A DNA stretch of 64,000 bases from Sinomonas atrocyanea. GTDB lineage: Bacteria > Actinomycetota > Actinomycetes > Actinomycetales > Micrococcaceae. Below are positions 57,032 to 64,000 of this stretch, one piece after another. Position 1 is the first letter of the stretch, and every line of letters starts with the position of its first letter. The notes under the pieces were generated by a model. The model was not told where the DNA came from, searched no databases, and worked only from the letters and a program-made list of their open reading frames with translations. Position numbers and translations under genes: made by a program. The stretch covers positions 290,160 to 354,159 of the forward strand of contig NZ_JAUSTE010000003.1 in the NCBI RefSeq assembly GCF_030812675.1, in the 5' to 3' direction.

Positions 57032-58036
57032 ATGGCCGCCAAGGGACGCCCGGGAGCAACCCGGAAGAAGAAGGGCCCCACCACGGGCACCGGCGGCCAC
57101 GGCCGCAAGGCCCTCGAGGGCAAGGGCCCCACTCCCAAGGCCGAGGACCGCGTCTACCACAAGGCGCACCGGGCCAAGGAGCTGGCCGAGCGCTCGGCCG
57201 CCAAGCGCACCGGGCAGCCTGGGCGGCTCGCCGCCGGCCGCGGCGGGACCGGCCGCTCGAAGGGCGCCGAGGAGATGGTCACCGGACGCAACTCGGTGGT
57301 CGAGGCGCTGCGCGCCGGCGTGCCGGCCAAGGCCCTCTACGTCGCCGTGCGGATCGAGATGGACGACAGGGTGCGCGAGGCCATGAAGCTCGCCGCCGAG
57401 GCCGGCATCCCGCTCATGGAGTCGCAGAAGCCCGAGCTCGACCGGATGACGGACGACGCGATCCACCAGGGCGTCGCGCTCCAGGTTCCCCCGTACGACT
57501 ACCCGGACGCGTTCGAGCTCGCGGAGGAGACCATCGAGAAGTGGCGGCGGGGACACATCGCCAACGCGCCGCTGTTCGTGGCGCTCGATGGGATCACGGA
57601 CCCGCGCAACCTGGGCGCGATCATCCGCTCGGTCTCGGCATTCTCGGGGCACGGCGTGATCGTGCCGGAGCGGCGCTCCGTGGGCATGACGGCCTCGGCG
57701 TGGAAGACGTCTGCCGGCGCGGCGGTCCGCGTCCCGGTGGCCAAGGCCCCGAACCTCAACACGGTGCTGCGGCAGATGAAGGAGCTGGGCATCTTCGTGC
57801 TCGGCCTGGACGGGGACGGCGACGTCTCGCTGCCCGGCCTCGCCCTGGCACCCGAGCCGGTGTGCCTCGTGGTGGGGTCCGAGGGCAAAGGCCTCTCCCG
57901 CCTCACGCGCGAGCTGTGCGACCAGATCGTCTCGATCCCGATCGACTCGGACATGGAGTCCCTCAACGCCGGAATGGCCGTGGCGATCTCGCTCTACGAG
58001 GTCTCGACCCGCCGGGCTGCCGCCGAGGCCAAGTAG
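57032..58036 (+). CDS. rlmB: 23S rRNA (guanosine-2'-O)-methyltransferase RlmB (TrmH family) with a basic N-terminal extension
   Basis: GRNSVVEALRAG...SPOUT motifs LDGITDPRNLGAIIRS and VVGSEGKGLS. Confidence 0.8.
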   Translation: MAAKGRPGATRKKKGPTTGTGGHGRKALEGKGPTPKAEDRVYHKAHRAKELAERSAAKRTGQPGRLAAGRGGTGRSKGAEEMVTGRNSVVEALRAGVPAKALYVAVRIEMDDRVREAMKLAAEAGIPLMESQKPELDRMTDDAIHQGVALQVPPYDYPDAFELAEETIEKWRRGHIANAPLFVALDGITDPRNLGAIIRSVSAFSGHGVIVPERRSVGMTASAWKTSAGAAVRVPVAKAPNLNTVLRQMKELGIFVLGLDGDGDVSLPGLALAPEPVCLVVGSEGKGLSRLTRELCDQIVSIPIDSDMESLNAGMAVAISLYEVSTRRAAAEAK

Positions 58037-58197
58037 CGCCCGCGAGGTCGCCCCGTGGGCGCGCGAGGTCGCCCGGGGCTTCCGGCGGACGACGGCGATG
58101 GGCCGCCGAGGCGTGGAGCGAGGCGTGTCAGACCTCGCCTGCAGGGGCACCTCGGCGTCGCGCGGGCTGACTTCGGCGTCGCGCGGGGTGGCTCGGG

Positions 58198-58992
58198 CTA
58201 GAACCGGACGCGGTTCGCGAGGACAGGCAAGGCCTCGCGCGCCTTCGCCACCTGGGCGATGTCGAGGTCCACGTACAGCGTCTCGGGCCCGGACCCGGCG
58301 CGCTCGACCAGGTGCCCGAACGGGCTCACCACCGCGGAGCGGCCGATCCCGGTCGGCGCCCCGTGCTTGGCGTCCACGCCCGCGGCCTCCGGGTCGGACT
58401 GGCCCACGGCCACGACGAAGCACGTCGAGTCCACGGCACGGGCCCGCACGAGCAGGTCCCACTGCTCGGCCTTCCCGGGCCCGGGTCCCCACGAGGCGCA
58501 CACGAGCTGGACCTGGGCGCCGTCGTCGGCCGTCGCGGTGAAGAGGTCCGGGAAGCGCACGTCGTAGCACGTGGCGAGGCCGAAGGTGACGCCGCCGGCC
58601 GTGAACGTGACAGGCTCCTTGCCGGCCGTGACGGTGTCCGACTCGAGGAAGCCGAACGCGTCGTAGAGGTGGATCTTGTCGTAGTGGGTGTCGACGCCGC
58701 GGCCGTGGACCAGGAGCGTGTTCCGGACAGTGCCGGCCTCCCCGGGCGTGAACATGCCCACCACCACGATCACCCCGGCGTCGTCGGCGGCCGCCCGCAC
58801 CGCCTGCGCCCAGGGCCCGTCGAGGGGCTCGGCGATCTCCGTCAGCGAGTGCCCGAAGGCACGCATGGTCGCCTCGGGGAACACAACGACGTCGGCGTGC
58901 CGCCGCGCCGCCTCGGCCACGCGCGCGCGGACGAGGGCGAGGTTCTCCTCGACGGAGCCGGATGAGGTCAGCTGGACGAGTGCGATCCGCAT
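58198..58992 (-). CDS. carbon-nitrogen hydrolase (nitrilase-superfamily) protein
   Basis: MRIALVQL...VVFPE...CYDVRFPDLF with an E-K-C triad. Confidence 0.75.
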   Translation of the reverse strand: MRIALVQLTSSGSVEENLALVRARVAEAARRHADVVVFPEATMRAFGHSLTEIAEPLDGPWAQAVRAAADDAGVIVVVGMFTPGEAGTVRNTLLVHGRGVDTHYDKIHLYDAFGFLESDTVTAGKEPVTFTAGGVTFGLATCYDVRFPDLFTATADDGAQVQLVCASWGPGPGKAEQWDLLVRARAVDSTCFVVAVGQSDPEAAGVDAKHGAPTGIGRSAVVSPFGHLVERAGSGPETLYVDLDIAQVAKAREALPVLANRVRF

Positions 58993-59145
58993 GGCACCAG
59001 TATGTCCGAAGGCGTCGCAGAAGGCCCGGCTTTCCCGGCGGATCGCGTGCGGATACTAGGATGAGCGTGCCGAGGGTGGCCCCACGCTCTTGTCGACCCC
59101 GACACCGACGAGGAAGGACCACGGCCCGGCTCGCCCGGGCCAAGG

Positions 59146-61232
<2,087 letters not shown>

Positions 61233-61236
<4 letters not shown>

Positions 61237-61685
61237 GGCCGGCCCTGCACCGGGCGGCCGTGCCCCTCGTGCTGCTCGCGGTGGCGGTCCCGGGCCTGCT
61301 GTCCGCCTGCGGCGGGCTGACGGCCGACGCCGGCCGCTCGCCCTCGCCGTCCGCCTCCGCTCCCGTCGCGGCCCCGTCCACGGCGCGGACCAACCCGAGC
61401 CGGCTCGCCGAGGTGAGGGCGTCGCAGCTGCCGCGCGAGGCCCGTGACACGCTCGCGCGCATTGCCCGCGGCGGCCCGTACCCGTACAGCCGCGACGGGG
61501 TGGTCTACAGCAACTTCGAGAAGATCCTGCCGGCGAGGCCCAGCGGCTACTACCACGAGTACACCGTCACCACGCCTGGCTCGTCGGACCGCGGCGCACG
61601 CCGGATCGTGGCGGGCCAGCAGGGCGACTCCTACTACACGGACGACCACTATGCGTCGTTCCGGTTCATCAGGGAGGACCAGTGA
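61233..61685 (+). CDS. secreted guanyl-specific ribonuclease (RNase Sa/barnase family), lipoprotein-type signal
   Basis: GGPYPYSRDGVVYSNFEKILP...GYYHEYTVTTPGSSDRGARRIV...YYTDDHYASF aligns with Streptomyces RNase Sa. LLSACGG lipobox. ATG overlaps the glgX stop. Confidence 0.8.
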
Positions 61686-62017
61686 TGGCACAGGGTCATT
61701 CCGGACATTCCGGACCTTCCGGACAGCGCCGCCGGGTGGTCGTCCCGGGCGCGCCGTCCAAGCGGGAGGTGCTCGTCGCCTTCGGGGCCGCTCTCGGCTT
61801 CCCGGACTACTACGGCGCGAACCTCGATGCCCTCAACGACTGCCTCCAGGACCTCGCCTCCGAGCTCGCCAACGGCGAGGGGGCGCCCCTCGAGATCGAA
61901 TGGCGCGTGCACCCGGCCTTCCGGGCCACTGCTGCCTTCGCCGCCGTGGAGGGCATCCTCGCCGACGCCGTCGGCGTGAGCGAGGATGCCCTCACGGTGC
62001 GCGTCGTGGACGCCTGA
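61685..62017 (+). CDS. barstar-like ribonuclease inhibitor (immunity protein)
   Basis: FGAALGFPDYYGANLDALNDCLQDL and LEIEWRVH match the barstar core (PEYYGENLDALWDCL...LEWR). The start overlaps the RNase stop. Confidence 0.75.
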   Translation: MAQGHSGHSGPSGQRRRVVVPGAPSKREVLVAFGAALGFPDYYGANLDALNDCLQDLASELANGEGAPLEIEWRVHPAFRATAAFAAVEGILADAVGVSEDALTVRVVDA

Positions 62018-64000
62018 TCAGGCGTTGACCACGAGGCCGAGCTCGGCCTTGGACGCGAGCCCGTCATGCCGGGGGATGACGCGCACGGTGTAGCCGAACG
62101 CACCCGAGTGCTCGATCGTCGCCGCCCCGGTGAAGACGTAGCGGCCGTTGCCGAGGTGCTCGCTCGGCTCGAGCTCCGTCAGGCCCACCCCCGTGAGCTG
62201 GTCGGCCTCGTCCACCTTGCCGTAGGCGAGCTCCACGAGCACGTCGGAGGGGTTGAGGACGCCGAGGTTCAGGTAGGTGCTGACGTTGAGCTTGTCGCCG
62301 ATCTGCGGGACCTCCGAGAGGCCGCCGGAGTCGATGTGCTCGACGTGGACCTGGGACCAGTTGCTGCGCACGTGCTTGGTCCACGCGGCGAGCTCGCGTG
62401 CGGCCCGGTAGTCGTCCGCCACCGCCGCGCGGCCGGCCTGGGCCGCGGGCGTGTACAGCTCCGTGACGTAGTCGCCCACCATCCGGTCCGCCGAGACGGC
62501 GGGGCCGAGGAACGAGAGGGTGTGCTTGATCATCGAGATCCACGAGGTCGGTGCACCCTCGGTGCGGCCGGACGAGGGCCCCGCAGCGCCGGCGGACTCC
62601 GCCCCGGTGTCCGTGCCGGCGTGGCCGTAGAAGCGCGGGGCAACCTGGGTCTCGATGAGCTCGTAGAGGGCTGCGGCCTCGATGTCGTCCCGCTCCTGGG
62701 CGCTCGCGCCGCCGCTCGCGGTCGGGATCGCCCAGCCGTTGGAGCCGTCGTAGAGCTCGTCCCACCAGCCGTCGAGGACCGAGAGGTTGAGCGAGCCGTT
62801 GATCGCGGCCTTCATCCCGGACGTCCCGCACGCCTCGAGGGGGCGCAGGGGGTTGTTGAGCCACACGTCGCAGCCCGGGAACAGGGTCCGCGCCATCGCG
62901 ATGTCGTAGTTCGGCAGGAACACGATGCGGTGGCGGACCTCCGGGTCGTCCGTGAACCGGACGAGGTCCTGGATCATCTTCTTGCCGGCATCGTCCGCCG
63001 GGTGCGACTTGCCGGCGATCACGATCTGGATCGGGTGCTCGGGGTCCAGGAGCAGCCGCTTGAGGCGCGCCGGGTCGCGGAGCATGAGGGTGAGGCGCTT
63101 GTACGTGGGGACGCGGCGCGCGAACCCGATGGTGAGGACGTCCGGGCTCAGGATCGAGTCGGTCCAGGTCAGCTCGGCCTCGCCCGCGCCGCGCTTGTGC
63201 CACGCGGCGCGCACGCGCCGGCGCACGTCCTCGATGAGCCGCGCCCGCAGCTCGCGGCGGATCTGCCAGATCTTCTCGTCCGTGACGTTGAAGACGACGT
63301 CCCAGCGCCCGCCGACCCCGCCGCCGGGAGCGAGGTCCTCGGCCATCGCGTTGATCCTCGGGTCGATCCACGTGGGAACGTGCACGCCGTTCGTGACGGA
63401 CGTGATCGGCACCTCGGAGTGGTCGAAGCCCGGCCAGAGCCCCGAGAACATCTCCCGCGAGACGCGGCCGTGCAGCTTCGCGACGCCGTTGGCCCGCTGC
63501 GCGAGGCGCAGGCCCATCACGGCCATGTTGAACACCGAGGGGTCGCCGCCCTCGTAGCTCTCGCGCCCCAGCTCGAGCACCTTCGCGGTGGGCACGTCCG
63601 GGGCCAGGCCGGCGTCGAAGAAGTACTTGATCTGCGCCGCGTCGAACCGGTCGATGCCGGCCGCCACGGGCGTGTGCGTCGTGAACACGGTGGAGGCACG
63701 GCCGGCCACGAGTGCCTCGTCCCACGTGAGCGGCGGGGTCGCGGACATGAGCTCCTGGATCCGCTCGATGCCCAGGAAGCCCGCGTGGCCCTCGTTCGTG
63801 TGGAAGACCTCGGGGGCGGGTCCGCCCGTGAGCCGCTGGAAGATGCGCAGGGCCTTCACCCCGCCCATGCCCAGCAGCAGCTCCTGCTGGAGCCGGTGGT
63901 CCCCGCCGCCGCCGTAGAGGCGGTCGGTGATGGAGCGGGCACCGTCGTCGTTCGCCGGCATGTTCGAGTCGAGCAGCAGCAGCGGGACGCGGCCCACGTC
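62018..64000 (-). CDS. glgP: alpha-glucan (glycogen) phosphorylase, partial; N-terminus lies beyond the window
   Basis: The ORF is open to the window edge and has the GT35 phosphorylase architecture (EACGTSGMKAAINGSLNLSVLDGWW). Confidence 0.85.
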   Translation of the reverse strand, partial: DVGRVPLLLLDSNMPANDDGARSITDRLYGGGGDHRLQQELLLGMGGVKALRIFQRLTGGPAPEVFHTNEGHAGFLGIERIQELMSATPPLTWDEALVAGRASTVFTTHTPVAAGIDRFDAAQIKYFFDAGLAPDVPTAKVLELGRESYEGGDPSVFNMAVMGLRLAQRANGVAKLHGRVSREMFSGLWPGFDHSEVPITSVTNGVHVPTWIDPRINAMAEDLAPGGGVGGRWDVVFNVTDEKIWQIRRELRARLIEDVRRRVRAAWHKRGAGEAELTWTDSILSPDVLTIGFARRVPTYKRLTLMLRDPARLKRLLLDPEHPIQIVIAGKSHPADDAGKKMIQDLVRFTDDPEVRHRIVFLPNYDIAMARTLFPGCDVWLNNPLRPLEACGTSGMKAAINGSLNLSVLDGWWDELYDGSNGWAIPTASGGASAQERDDIEAAALYELIETQVAPRFYGHAGTDTGAESAGAAGPSSGRTEGAPTSWISMIKHTLSFLGPAVSADRMVGDYVTELYTPAAQAGRAAVADDYRAARELAAWTKHVRSNWSQVHVEHIDSGGLSEVPQIGDKLNVSTYLNLGVLNPSDVLVELAYGKVDEADQLTGVGLTELEPSEHLGNGRYVFTGAATIEHSGAFGYTVRVIPRHDGLASKAELGLVVNA

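Overview
This 64 kb window comes from a high-GC (roughly 70%) actinobacterial chromosome, most likely a Micrococcales-like organism. Gene calls rest on reading the six-frame ORF track against recalled family motifs.

**Main blocks, in order:**
- **1-6.8 kb, lower-GC accessory region.** It opens with a SecB-like chaperone gene at about 50% GC, preceded by the truncated 3' end of an upstream gene; together these look like a toxin-antitoxin-chaperone (TAC) remnant. Next come an SRPBCC protein and two unknown membrane proteins. An XRE regulator sits divergent from a tightly overlapping operon of two small proteins, a calcineurin-like metallophosphoesterase and a HAD-like protein whose catalytic motif lies upstream of any canonical start codon.
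- **6.9-20.5 kb, partial 'late' flagellar locus.** Gene order is flbD-motA-motB, then a 2 kb non-flagellar insert (APH-family phosphotransferase, two hypotheticals, CsbD), then fliM-fliN-fliO-fliP-fliQ-fliR-flhB-flhA, an FlhF-like protein with a degenerate P-loop, csrA and a FliA-type sigma factor. No flagellin, hook, rod, ring or export-ATPase genes are present.
- **20.5-24.3 kb.** A divergent gene pair whose intergenic region carries two copies of TTGTACATGTCAAA. The same core is found as an inverted repeat around the fliA translation start, with an AGGA in the predicted loop, which would be a CsrA-type site. The downstream gene encodes a 1000-aa secreted metzincin-type protease domain fused to nine LGFP repeats and an SLT lytic transglycosylase domain.
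- **24-41 kb, mixed housekeeping and accessory genes.** map, a FUSC-family protein, an OmpR-type two-component pair, a P450 overlapping a polytopic membrane protein, an SPFH protein, a secreted HNH-like nuclease, a frameshifted corA, a LuxR regulator flanked by two copies of a 22 bp palindrome, and tRNA-Thr.
- **42-64 kb, core genes.** holB-tmk, a Met/Cys PLP enzyme, gpmA, phoU, senX3-regX3, carD, ispD, ispF, cysS, rlmB, glgX, a secreted RNase Sa/barstar toxin-immunity pair, and a partial glgP that runs off the 3' end of the window.

REP-like palindromic elements recur in convergent intergenic regions.

I see no CRISPR array, integrase or transposase.
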